Source: Desulfobacteraceae bacterium
Lineage (GTDB): Bacteria > Desulfobacterota > DSM-4660 > Desulfatiglandales > Desulfatiglandaceae
DNA: 64,000 nucleotides
Direction of reading: 5' to 3'
Assembly: GCA_016783065.1 (NCBI GenBank)
Contig: JADHXI010000001.1
Location: forward strand, 23,610 to 87,609
Part shown: piece by piece, positions 1-9,138 of the stretch
How the letters are laid out: the number at the start of each line of letters is the position of its first letter
Position numbering within the stretch: the first letter of the stretch is position 1
Made by a program: the position numbers and the translations under genes
Notes under the pieces: model-generated
What the model was told of the DNA's origin: nothing
Seen by the model: only the letters and a program-made list of their open reading frames with translations
Databases searched by the model: none

Positions 1-50
1 TGAATGCCACAAACTGAGTGGTTCAATATTTCTGAGAGAAGGGAGTCATT

Positions 51-1388
51 ATGGATTCGGTTAATGAACGCATACTAGCGGAAATCGATAAGATCTCCTT
101 GGTGGACACCCATGAACACACCATGCCTGAGTCTGATCGGAACGACTACGCTGTAGATTTCAGCTATCTCTTTGGTCATTATAATTCCAGCGATCTCGTG
201 TCAGCCGGAATGCCGTCTCGGCTCATGGAGTCGTTTCGTCTCCCGATGCATCGCTATCGCGAGGCGTATATTAAGCGCACAAAGCTCCACCGAAACCTTC
301 CCGAACCGGAATCTAAGGACCTGACCCTGGCAGAACGGTGGGAGGCCGTGGAACCCTACTGGGAGGCCATCAGAAATACGGCCTATGCAAAGGTAACGTT
401 GATCACGATCCAGAAGCTTTTCGGCATATCGGATTTGAACAAAGACACCTACCGGCAACTGTCCCAGGCCATTTCAGACTCGAGGCGACCTGGATGGTAC
501 CATCATGTGATGATAGAAAAGGCAAATATCGCGATGGCCCTCGTTGACATCATGTCAACAGATATGGACCAGGGCCTGTTTGCTCCGGTCATGCGAATGG
601 ATCCCTATGTGGACGTTCGATCGCGACAGGATCTGAATTATCTGGAGGTTGAAAGCGGAATTTCTATCCACGCACTCGAAGATCTTGTCAAGGCATTGCG
701 TACTGTAATGGAGGAAAATCGAATCAAAGGCGCCGTTGGTGTCAAGAGTTCTCTTGCCTACCTTCGCACGCTGAGATATGATAAGGTAACCCGCCATGAA
801 GCGGAGACCGCCTTCAATCACATTGCAATGCACTTGGGTGAAGGTCCCTCTTTTTCGGAGGCAAAACCACTTCAGGACTACATGATGCATCAGGTCATCC
901 GGACCGCAATCGATATGCGTCTACCGCTTCAGATTCATACGGGACTACAGGAGGGCAATGAAAATATCATCACCAATTCCAACCCCACCCACCTTATCAA
1001 TCTCCTTGTAGAATACCGTGAAGCCAAATTTGACCTGTTCCACGGTGGGTACCCATACGTACATGAGTGGGTGACACTGGCAAAAAATTTTCCAAATGTT
1101 TATGCTGATCTATGTTGGGTGTACATCATATCTCCAACAGTAGGAAGGGGATTGCTTAACGAATTAATAGAAACCGTTCCAGGTAACAAAATCATGGCCT
1201 TTGGGGGCGATTCCATTGCCGTTGAAATCGCCTTCGGACATGCAGTAATGGCAAGACAACAGGTGGCCCGGGTCTTCTCAGAGAAAGTTGAGGAGGGTTA
1301 TATGGGTGAGGAGGAAGCTGTTCTGCTTGCACAGAAAATCCTGCGGGATAACCCGGCAAGACTGTTTAATCTCCCCATCGTGGGATAG
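51..1388 (+). CDS. amidohydrolase-superfamily metal-dependent hydrolase (445 aa)
   Basis: ATG at 51 preceded by AAGGGAG SD. N-terminal LVDTHEHT metal-ligand motif and size fit TIM-barrel amidohydrolases. Substrate not assignable by eye. Confidence 0.7.
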   Translation: MDSVNERILAEIDKISLVDTHEHTMPESDRNDYAVDFSYLFGHYNSSDLVSAGMPSRLMESFRLPMHRYREAYIKRTKLHRNLPEPESKDLTLAERWEAVEPYWEAIRNTAYAKVTLITIQKLFGISDLNKDTYRQLSQAISDSRRPGWYHHVMIEKANIAMALVDIMSTDMDQGLFAPVMRMDPYVDVRSRQDLNYLEVESGISIHALEDLVKALRTVMEENRIKGAVGVKSSLAYLRTLRYDKVTRHEAETAFNHIAMHLGEGPSFSEAKPLQDYMMHQVIRTAIDMRLPLQIHTGLQEGNENIITNSNPTHLINLLVEYREAKFDLFHGGYPYVHEWVTLAKNFPNVYADLCWVYIISPTVGRGLLNELIETVPGNKIMAFGGDSIAVEIAFGHAVMARQQVARVFSEKVEEGYMGEEEAVLLAQKILRDNPARLFNLPIVG

Positions 1389-1425
1389 TGTATGAGCTTT
1401 CAGTGAAAAGGAGGATAGTGATGCC

Positions 1426-2385
1426 ATGAAAAAAATTTCGCGCGACCAGGCAAAAAAATATGCTTTTGATTGGAGGGATCAACCGATCCTGAAAGTACAA
1501 TGCGGTGAGAGCTTTGGGGTGGAAACGTATGATGCCAGCACCGGGTATTTTAGATCCCCGGAGGACACGGCAGATCCCGTTCATCGGCCAGGCTATACCC
1601 GGCACCCCCCCCTGTCCAATCCCATAGCCGGACCGATCTTCTTGGAAGGGGCTCAACCCGGGGATACCCTTGTGGTGGTTGTCGAAGACATCCTGGTGGA
1701 AGACTATTCCTGGATGGCCATTGGACCCCGCCGAGGACCCCTTGGAGAATCCACACGTTGGCCTGAACTTTCCTCCGAATATACCACCAAGATTTTCAGT
1801 CATCTACCGGGGCCCAGTGGTACAACCCGTGATGGAACCTTGCGGTTCAATGACCGCATTTCCTGGCCGATTTCACCGTTCATAGGGACCCTCGGGGTCG
1901 CACCGGAAAGGGAAGTGACCACCAGCATAGACGGTCAAGGGCCGTGGGGCGGAAACCTGGATATTCGAGATGCAGGGCCCGGTCACCGTGTCTATCTGCC
2001 GATTTTTCACGAAGGGGCGCGCTTCTATCTCGGGGATGTCCATGCGAGCCAGGGAGATACCGAATTTACCGGCACCGCCGCTGAGACCATGGCCAGCGTA
2101 AGACTCCATCTCGAGTTGGTTAAAGAAAAAACCATTCCATGGATGAGAATCGAAAAACCGGATTCCATTATCTCTGTCTATGCCTGTCGGCCACTGGAAG
2201 AAGCGGTGGAAACCGCAACAGTGAGTCTTATGGCATGGATGATTGAAGACTACGGGTTCAGCCCCATCGATGCCTATTGTCTGGTGAGCAGCTGTCCGGA
2301 CTTTCGGATCAACATATACCAAATGGTAAGGATGGAAAAACTCAATTGCGTGGCCGGCGCTGAGATTCCGAGACGATATCTTTAG
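1426..2385 (+). CDS. acetamidase/formamidase (FmdA/AmdA) family protein
   Basis: AGGAGG SD upstream. The block GPIFLEGAQPGDTLVVVVEDI and the ~320 aa length are typical of the family. Confidence 0.75.
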   Translation: MKKISRDQAKKYAFDWRDQPILKVQCGESFGVETYDASTGYFRSPEDTADPVHRPGYTRHPPLSNPIAGPIFLEGAQPGDTLVVVVEDILVEDYSWMAIGPRRGPLGESTRWPELSSEYTTKIFSHLPGPSGTTRDGTLRFNDRISWPISPFIGTLGVAPEREVTTSIDGQGPWGGNLDIRDAGPGHRVYLPIFHEGARFYLGDVHASQGDTEFTGTAAETMASVRLHLELVKEKTIPWMRIEKPDSIISVYACRPLEEAVETATVSLMAWMIEDYGFSPIDAYCLVSSCPDFRINIYQMVRMEKLNCVAGAEIPRRYL

Positions 2386-2426
2386 CCTAGCACCTTCAAA
2401 ATCACTTTTTTGAAAGAGGAGGGAAA

Positions 2427-3992
2427 ATGAAATACTTGATGGCGTTGGATGCAGGGTCTGGAAGCTGCCGAAGCATCATCTTCGACATTGATGGGAAAGA
2501 AGTGGGGTCTGGAAGCAGGGAATGGCTTCACCCAACCATCCCTGAATTTCCCGGATCACAAGTATTTGAAACCCAAAAGGACTGGAGACTCATCTGTGAG
2601 AGCATTGGGGAGGCCCTTGAGCATGCTGGCGTTGGCCCGGGGGAGATCGGTGCGGTGAGCGCTACCAGTATGCGGTTTGGTTCCGTCCTCTATGATGGGG
2701 AGGGCAACGAATTGTGGGCAGCGCCAAACACCGATTCGAGATCAAGCGAACAGGTTGTTGACGCAACAGAGAAGGGGTATTTCGACAGGGTTTACGGAAT
2801 AACCGGTGACGGGTTCACACTCTGTGACCTGATGAGGTGGATGTGGGTCAAAGAACACCTTCCCGAAATCTGGGAAAAGGTTAGACATTTTACACTTATC
2901 AGTGACTGGATGCTCTACAAACTGACCGGAAAATTTGTGTCTGACCCATCCATTGCGCCCAGTTCAGGGTTGTTTGACATATCCAAGCGGACCTGGTCTG
3001 AAGAGATTGCACAGCTTTTCTCCATTCCCCTTGAAATTTGTCCCGTCATTCATGAGTCAGGTACCGTCATCGGGGAAGTTCATGCAAAGGCTTCCAAGGA
3101 AACCGGTCTGGCAGCGGGAACCCCAGTCGTCATGGGGGGAGGGGATACCATGGCTGGTCTGGTTGGCACTGGTCATGTGGAAAAAGGTGGCTCAGCGGTG
3201 TTCGGAGGTACTCATTGGCAGCAGACATTTTTGAGTGATAGGCCGGTCATAGATCCATTGTGCCGAATGAGGGTGTCCCCTCATATGGTCCCCAACCTCT
3301 GGATGTTTGAAACAAACGCTGTTTTTATTGGACTCACCATGAGGTGGTTTAGGGATGCCTTCTGTGATGGAGAAAAAATCGTTGCAAAAAATATGGGGGT
3401 TGACGCCTATTATTTGATGGAAAAGATTGCTGAAAAAGCGCCGGTTGGGTCGAATGGTCTCCTGGCGCTGTTTGCCAACCTCTTTAATACGAAAAATTGG
3501 GTTCATGGTCCATCGGCATTTATGGGGTTTGATGTTACGTCACCACAAGGTTTCGGTAAGAAGGAATTTATCCGACGGATTGAGGAGGACGCCACATTCC
3601 AGACCCTCGGAAATTTCAGGAACATCTGGGACGCAGCCGGGTTTGATGCGCCCACCTCTCAGGAGGTGGTTTTTGCCGGGGGCGCGTCTAAAGGCTTTCT
3701 GTGGCCTCAGATACTGGCCGATGTCATGGGTGCAAGGATAAAAGTCCCGGTGGTTAAAGAGGCCACCGCCCTGGGGGCTGCAATCTGTGCAGGGGTCGGT
3801 ATTGGACTGTACTACACCCTATCCAGCGCTGCCAAAGAACTGGTGGCATGGGAGAAGGTATTTGACCCTGATCCAAAGAATCATACGGTTTATCTGGAAC
3901 TCTATGAACGGTGGCAAGTGGTTTACCAGCGTGCGCTTGAGATGGTTGAAAAAGGTGCTGTAGAACCTTTGTGGAGGGTAGCCGGTACCTAG
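2427..3992 (+). CDS. FGGY-family carbohydrate kinase, LsrK-like subfamily
   Basis: GAGGAGGG SD. N-terminus YLMALDAGSGSCRSIIFD, VVKEATALGAAICAGVG and C-terminus LWRVAGT align along the full length with my recollection of E. coli LsrK. Confidence 0.85.
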   Translation: MKYLMALDAGSGSCRSIIFDIDGKEVGSGSREWLHPTIPEFPGSQVFETQKDWRLICESIGEALEHAGVGPGEIGAVSATSMRFGSVLYDGEGNELWAAPNTDSRSSEQVVDATEKGYFDRVYGITGDGFTLCDLMRWMWVKEHLPEIWEKVRHFTLISDWMLYKLTGKFVSDPSIAPSSGLFDISKRTWSEEIAQLFSIPLEICPVIHESGTVIGEVHAKASKETGLAAGTPVVMGGGDTMAGLVGTGHVEKGGSAVFGGTHWQQTFLSDRPVIDPLCRMRVSPHMVPNLWMFETNAVFIGLTMRWFRDAFCDGEKIVAKNMGVDAYYLMEKIAEKAPVGSNGLLALFANLFNTKNWVHGPSAFMGFDVTSPQGFGKKEFIRRIEEDATFQTLGNFRNIWDAAGFDAPTSQEVVFAGGASKGFLWPQILADVMGARIKVPVVKEATALGAAICAGVGIGLYYTLSSAAKELVAWEKVFDPDPKNHTVYLELYERWQVVYQRALEMVEKGAVEPLWRVAGT

Positions 3993-4001
3993 CTAGGCAC
4001 C

Positions 4002-4109
4002 GTTGTTACCTGGTCAAGGCTAGGTCTCGAATGATTAGGGGCTGCCAAGGAACTGGAGAAAGAGGGCATTACTTCGCAGGAAATTGATCTTCTTACGCCA
4101 AAACCGATG
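4002..4109 (+). pseudogene. remnant of a fourth E1-beta (transketolase C-terminal domain) gene
   Basis: One frame reads VVTWSRLGLE*LGAAKELEKEGITSQEIDLLTPKPM with an in-frame TGA. Compare the intact paralogs here (..LEAAELLEKEGISVEVVDLRTLKPLD). It is truncated by the convergent Fe-ADH gene. Confidence 0.45.
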
Positions 4110-4129
4110 GGCACAAGGGCGGTGGTTCT

Positions 4130-5284
4130 TTATCTGGCTTTTTTCAGGATGCTCGTTAACTCATCAACCGTCAATTCCACAGGATTCCCTTTCATGCTGC
4201 TTGCATTTTTGGATTTCTCCACCACCTTTGAGACGTCCTCTTCTTTCATTCCAAACTCAGCCAAGGGGGGGACCACTAAATCCTCACAGAGTTCTTGAAC
4301 CCATCTAAAGCCGTCAGGGGCCTTGGCCTCTGGTGATCCCGTCACAATTCGCGCCACCTCATCATATCGGACCATTGCCGGAGAAACAGGGGAACGGGCC
4401 TGCAGGGCATTTACATTGGCCTCCATGACATAGGGTAATAGCCGGGCGCACACAACGCCGTGCGGGGCAGAGAACATCCCCCCCAAGGGGCCTGCAAACC
4501 CATGGACCGCTCCCAATTTTGCATTTGCCAGACCTAATCCCCCAAAGAGACTTGCCAGTGACATGTCCTCGCGCGCGACCCGGTCACTTCCGTCTTTGTA
4601 TGCCTTTCGCAAAGAACGCGCAGCCCTTTTCAACCCTTCAAGACATATACCGTCTGTCAAGGGATTCGACTTATTGGAAACGTAAACTTCAAGGAGCTGG
4701 GTAAATGCATCTAGGCCGGTACTGGCAGTTATGGATGGCGGCATGGAGTGGGTGAGTACAGGATCGATAAGCGCGAGCCTGGGCAACATGAAGGGGCTCC
4801 GCATACTCACCTTGACTTGGTGTTCAGGTGAATCCAGTACGGCGTTACGTGTTACCTCTGCGCCCGTTCCGGCCGTGGTTGGAACCGCGATATAGGGTGC
4901 TGAGGGCTGGGTCAGTTGGTTCCCTTCACCGATAACCTCGAGATAGTCCATCAATTCACCGCTGTTTGTCAAAAGCGCTGCGATGACTTTTCCCGTATCC
5001 AGGACACTTCCCCCGCCAACGCCAATAACCAGGTTGCACGCTGCCTCGCGGGCGTGTCTCACACCGGAAAGGGCCACGTGTGTTGTGGGCTCGGTGGACA
5101 CATTGAAGGTGACGTAGTCTATGTTGCCCTTTTTCAATTTTTCTAATAAGGGTCTGGCGCGTTCACCCGGATGATCGGTCACGACAAAAGCGCGACTTCC
5201 CAAATCCTGTGCCAATTGTGGAAGCTCACTAACCGTGTCTGATCCGAAAATTATGTTTGTAGCTGTCGCAAATTCAAATCGCAT
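4130..5284 (-). CDS. iron-containing (group III) alcohol dehydrogenase
   Basis: VIGVGGGSVLDTGK NAD/Fe-ADH motif. Start moved to the internal ATG at 5284 (MRFEFATATNIIFG), which has a GGGGGAG SD. The longer 435-aa ORF has no SD and a non-homologous N-terminus. Confidence 0.85.
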   Translation of the reverse strand: MRFEFATATNIIFGSDTVSELPQLAQDLGSRAFVVTDHPGERARPLLEKLKKGNIDYVTFNVSTEPTTHVALSGVRHAREAACNLVIGVGGGSVLDTGKVIAALLTNSGELMDYLEVIGEGNQLTQPSAPYIAVPTTAGTGAEVTRNAVLDSPEHQVKVSMRSPFMLPRLALIDPVLTHSMPPSITASTGLDAFTQLLEVYVSNKSNPLTDGICLEGLKRAARSLRKAYKDGSDRVAREDMSLASLFGGLGLANAKLGAVHGFAGPLGGMFSAPHGVVCARLLPYVMEANVNALQARSPVSPAMVRYDEVARIVTGSPEAKAPDGFRWVQELCEDLVVPPLAEFGMKEEDVSKVVEKSKNASSMKGNPVELTVDELTSILKKAR

Positions 5285-5645
5285 AATTGAAATCTCCCCC
5301 AAGAAAAATGTTCGTCTGTTTGTTTGAAGATGTGTAACATCTATTGTTTGCGCTGACATGCTTGTATCATGAAATTCCTTCAGAGTGAACATTTTTCTTG
5401 AACATCCTGGCAAAAGTATTTTATGGTACGAGTACACCTTCTAACCTGGTTCGCAGGGTAACCACAGACATCCCTGGCTGCACCGTTCTATACGGTGAAG
5501 AATTGACCGAAGGCTGTAACGGATTCTGGGTCCATCCCAGGATGGGATAAACTGCTGAAGCGAGGCGGAACTCCGCGTTGAAAGTGATCTTTCAAAAAGC
5601 AACCGAGCCCCATTCCCGAGACCTTCGGGGATGCTTCACCAGGAC

Positions 5646-5830
5646 TTAGGGCTTGCGCAAAAATAACTTAGCAGAATTGGCGCCCAGATTTGGGTCAGAT
5701 TTGGCTGCGCCGATTGAGCAAAACCACAGAAATAGTAGTACTATTTAGAGGATTTTGCGATTGAGGCGCGGCCGAAGATGACCTGAAGATGGGATGCAAA
5801 AATGTAAAGTTATTTTTGCGTAAGCCCTTA
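5646..5830. repeat. 185-bp imperfect palindrome (hairpin-type element) in a divergent intergenic region
   Basis: Terminal arms 5646-5669 and 5807-5830 are reverse complements (22/24). The exact centre is AAATAGTA-G-TACTATTT at 5730-5746. The arms carry internal direct repeats (CAGATTTGG x2 and GAAGATG x2). Confidence 0.55.
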
Positions 5831-5934
5831 TTGAGAAGTTAGAGGAACTGCTCTTGGCAAAGCGGTTACGGGTTTTAGGTTTTCCTTTTCGGGAATAATA
5901 TTGTAATAATGCGTTGGGATGAAAAGGAGGCAGT

Positions 5935-7500
5935 ATGGATTCAAAACAGTATATCATGACCCTTGATGCAGGCTCAGGGAGTGGGAGGGCGGTCCTGTTT
6001 GACACCGACGGAAAAGAAGTCTCTTTCGCCCAAAAAGAATGGCTCCCGAAGACGATTCCCGAATACCCGGGATCTTATGTCTTTGATACAACCGAGGCAT
6101 GGGAGATTTTAGGGGTTTGCATTCGCGAGAGCCTTAAGAAAGGAAATGTGGATGCCGGTGATGTCATTGGGGTTTCAGCCACAAGCCAGCGGGAAGGCTT
6201 TGTTCTTTACGACAAGGATGGCAAGGAGATATGGGCGTGTCCCAATGTAGATTCTCGTGCGGTAGACGAGGTCGTGGAGATGCTCGAAATGGACATTGTG
6301 GAAAAGATATACGGCATCGGAGGGGATTGGCTCAACATTATAGCACCCCCTCGCTTCAGATGGATTAAGAAACATGAGCCTGAAATCTTCGCGCAGGCGC
6401 AGCATATGAACATGCTCAGTGACTGGGTCCTCTTTAAACTATCGGGCAGATTTGTCACAGACCCTTCGGTGGGATCAAGTTCGGGGATGTTTAATCTGAG
6501 GAAACGGAACTGGTCCGACGAAATCATCGACATGTGTGAACTGCCAAAGGGAATATACCCTGAAGTTTTTGAGTCAGGAACACCCATCGGTGAGGTCACC
6601 AAAGAGGCAGCGGCTTTAACGGGCTTCAGGGAAGGGACCCCCGTTATTGCCGGTGGAGCCGATACACAACTGGCGCTTCTTGGAGTCGGGGACATAACGC
6701 CCGATGTCTGGTCCATTGTTGCGGGCACCTTCTGGTTGACCACCGTGGTGTGGGATGAACCCCTCATAGACCCAAAGTGCCGTCCACGGACGTTGTGCCA
6801 TGCGGTTCCTGGCCAGTGGATGACAGAAGGGGTTGGATTCCTTATTGGACAGCAGGCGCGTTGGTTTAGGGATGGCTTCTGTCAGGAAGAGATACAACGG
6901 GCTGAGAAAGAAAATGTGGATCCCTATTTTTTGATGGAGAAACTGGCGGAACCTGTTCCTCCCGGTGCCAATGGCATTATTGGCCTGTTTTCCGATTACC
7001 ATAATTCCAAATTCTGGAAACATGCCGCACCCTCCCTCTTGAACTTCGATGTCTATAACCCACTCCAATCAGGAAAACCTCAGTCCATTAGGGCCATCTG
7101 GGAAAGCGCGGCCTATACAGCCTACAAGAATTTTCTGGTGCTCACTGAATTAACCGGAAAGAGCCCCAATGAAATTACCTTTTGTGGCGGTTCCTCCAAG
7201 GGTTTTCTGTGGCCACAGATCATAGCAGACGTCTTTGGAGTTGATGTGAAGGTGCCGGTTGTCAAGGAGGCCACATCTTTTGGATGCGCCATGTGTGTGG
7301 GGATTGGTGCCGGGCTCTTCAAGAGTCCTCAGGATGCCGTGGAAAAATGGGTCGAGACGGAAAGGGTGTTCCACCCCGATGCGAAGGCCCACGAGGCGTA
7401 TAAGAAGTGTTTTGAGCGATGGAATGAGGTCTATACAGAGGTTATGAATATCGTGAACAAGGGACTCCTGACGCCCATGTGGAGAGCGCCGGGCACATGA
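5935..7500 (+). CDS. FGGY-family carbohydrate kinase, LsrK-like subfamily (paralog 2)
   Basis: AAGGAGG SD. YIMTLDAGSGSGRAVLFD, VVKEATSFGCAMCVGIG and C-terminal MWRAPGT. Clearly paralogous to 2427..3992. Confidence 0.85.
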   Translation: MDSKQYIMTLDAGSGSGRAVLFDTDGKEVSFAQKEWLPKTIPEYPGSYVFDTTEAWEILGVCIRESLKKGNVDAGDVIGVSATSQREGFVLYDKDGKEIWACPNVDSRAVDEVVEMLEMDIVEKIYGIGGDWLNIIAPPRFRWIKKHEPEIFAQAQHMNMLSDWVLFKLSGRFVTDPSVGSSSGMFNLRKRNWSDEIIDMCELPKGIYPEVFESGTPIGEVTKEAAALTGFREGTPVIAGGADTQLALLGVGDITPDVWSIVAGTFWLTTVVWDEPLIDPKCRPRTLCHAVPGQWMTEGVGFLIGQQARWFRDGFCQEEIQRAEKENVDPYFLMEKLAEPVPPGANGIIGLFSDYHNSKFWKHAAPSLLNFDVYNPLQSGKPQSIRAIWESAAYTAYKNFLVLTELTGKSPNEITFCGGSSKGFLWPQIIADVFGVDVKVPVVKEATSFGCAMCVGIGAGLFKSPQDAVEKWVETERVFHPDAKAHEAYKKCFERWNEVYTEVMNIVNKGLLTPMWRAPGT

Positions 7501-7584
7501 GGGATTTTTCCACCCGGACCTTCTAAAATGTCAGAGGAAGCTTTAAAATTAGAAAATTGGGAAAACCCAAGACACGGGGGTAGG

Positions 7585-8628
7585 ATGAACAAAAACAAAT
7601 GGACCATACTGGTCATCGGAGACCGATTTCTGAGGAACGAGCTCTTTGAAAAGGCTATTAATGAGCAACTGGCTGATCTCCAGATTGATGTCTCCTATAA
7701 ATTCATGGAAAATACCTGGCCAGATGAACCGTTTTATACCATTGAGGAGGTCCATGAGGCTGTTGGTGATGTGGATGAGATTATTCAACGGGTGGGTGAT
7801 GTGGATATTATTGTCACCGACCTTGCACCCATAACCAGACGTGTCATCGAATCTGCTCCGAGATTGAAACTGATTGGGGTGACCCGGGGAGGGCCGGTCA
7901 ACGCCAATGTTGCGTTTGCTGCGGAAAAGGGCATCCCTGTAGTCAACGTACCGGGGCGGAATGCCACTGCGGTTGCAGAATTTACCCTGGCCATGATTCT
8001 TTCACACGTCAAAAAGATTGCAGAATGCCATGCGGATATGAAAAAAGGCATATGGCGCGGTGATTGCTACCGATATGAACGGGCCCCCATGGAAATACGT
8101 GGACAGACGGCGGGTCTGGTTGGGTTCGGAATAATCGGTCAATTGGTGGCACCCATACTCATGTCTTTGAGAATGAGGGTGATCGCATCAGATCCTTACG
8201 TTCCTTCAGACGTCTTTAAAGAACTCAAGGTGGAAATGGTAGATCTTGAGACCCTGTTGAGGGCATCTGATGTGGTGAGTCTTCATGCAAGGGTTACCGA
8301 AGAGACAACAGGCATGATCGGCGAAAAGGAATTGAGAATGATGAAGCCCTCTGCCTGTATCGTCAATTCCGGGCGTGGACCCCTTATGGACTATAAGGCC
8401 CTTTATCGGGCACTTAAAGAAGGCTGGATTGCCGGAGCCGTACTTGATACGTTTGATGTGGAGCCCATTGACAGCAGTTACCCCCTCCTGGAATTGGATA
8501 ACTTGACGCTCACGCCCCACATCGCGGGTTCCAGTAAAGAAACAGCAACCAATTCATGCAAGAGAGTTGCGCAGGAAATCCGGCGATTCATATCAAATGA
8601 GCCCCTGGAATGTTGTATCAGTAAATGA
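7585..8628 (+). CDS. D-isomer-specific 2-hydroxyacid dehydrogenase family (NAD-binding)
   Basis: GLVGFGIIGQ Rossmann motif and LTPHIAGSS catalytic His block. Start chosen at ATG 7585 (MNKNKWTILVIGD, GGGGG-rich SD) rather than 7528, which has no SD. Confidence 0.8.
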   Translation: MNKNKWTILVIGDRFLRNELFEKAINEQLADLQIDVSYKFMENTWPDEPFYTIEEVHEAVGDVDEIIQRVGDVDIIVTDLAPITRRVIESAPRLKLIGVTRGGPVNANVAFAAEKGIPVVNVPGRNATAVAEFTLAMILSHVKKIAECHADMKKGIWRGDCYRYERAPMEIRGQTAGLVGFGIIGQLVAPILMSLRMRVIASDPYVPSDVFKELKVEMVDLETLLRASDVVSLHARVTEETTGMIGEKELRMMKPSACIVNSGRGPLMDYKALYRALKEGWIAGAVLDTFDVEPIDSSYPLLELDNLTLTPHIAGSSKETATNSCKRVAQEIRRFISNEPLECCISK

Positions 8629-9125
8629 AAAGGCCTGAACCCATGACCCTGTCTAAAGATGTCATCATGGAAAACGCAGTGCAATACCTCATTTCCGGGT
8701 ATAACTGCGCCCAAACCACCCTATTATGTTGTCAAGAACTCCTTGAGATTCGTAACGATGATGTTCTAAAAAGCGCCACCGGATTTGGGGGCGGAATGGG
8801 AAATCGTGGGGAAATTTGTGGCGCCGTGTCAGGAGGTGTAATGGCCCTGAGTCAGAAATTTGGCCGCGTTGAGCTTTCTGAAGAAGAAGCAAGGCGTAAG
8901 GAATATACCTATGAATTGGTCTCGGCATATTTGAATAAATTCAAGGAATTTGAAGGATCACTGTATTGCAGAGACATCCTGGGAGTTGATATCTCAGACC
9001 AGGATAAAAGAAAAGCCTATTGGACAGTGGAAAACCGGCGCAAATGCGGTGAAGGACCAGTGGCGAAGGCATTGGAGATACTTTATTTTATATTTGAACA
9101 GGATAAAATTTCAAAAACAAAATAA
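8625..9125 (+). CDS. C_GCAxxG_C_C family redox-active Cys protein
   Basis: YNCAQTT, EICGAVSGG, LYCRD and KCGEG cysteine pattern. ATGA start/stop overlap with the upstream dehydrogenase. Confidence 0.7.
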   Translation: MKRPEPMTLSKDVIMENAVQYLISGYNCAQTTLLCCQELLEIRNDDVLKSATGFGGGMGNRGEICGAVSGGVMALSQKFGRVELSEEEARRKEYTYELVSAYLNKFKEFEGSLYCRDILGVDISDQDKRKAYWTVENRRKCGEGPVAKALEILYFIFEQDKISKTK

Positions 9126-9138
9126 GGAGGATTTATTG

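Noticed and set aside
5285-5437. 51-codon N-terminal extension of the Fe-ADH ORF
   Set aside because: The internal ATG at 5284 has a GGGGGAG SD and starts where Fe-ADH homology begins (MRFEFATAT..). The extension has no SD and a non-homologous sequence.
2427-7500. Calling the region an lsr autoinducer-2 uptake/processing operon
   Set aside because: Only the kinase-like genes are present. There is no LsrACDB-type transporter, no LsrF or LsrG, and no intact LsrR in the window. LsrK-like FGGY kinases with other sugar specificities are known.
8950-9138. 63-codon N-terminal extension of the DUF2148 ORF
   Set aside because: It overlaps the C_GCAxxG_C_C gene in another frame. The ATG at 9139 has an AAGGAGG SD, and the family-typical N-terminus starts there.
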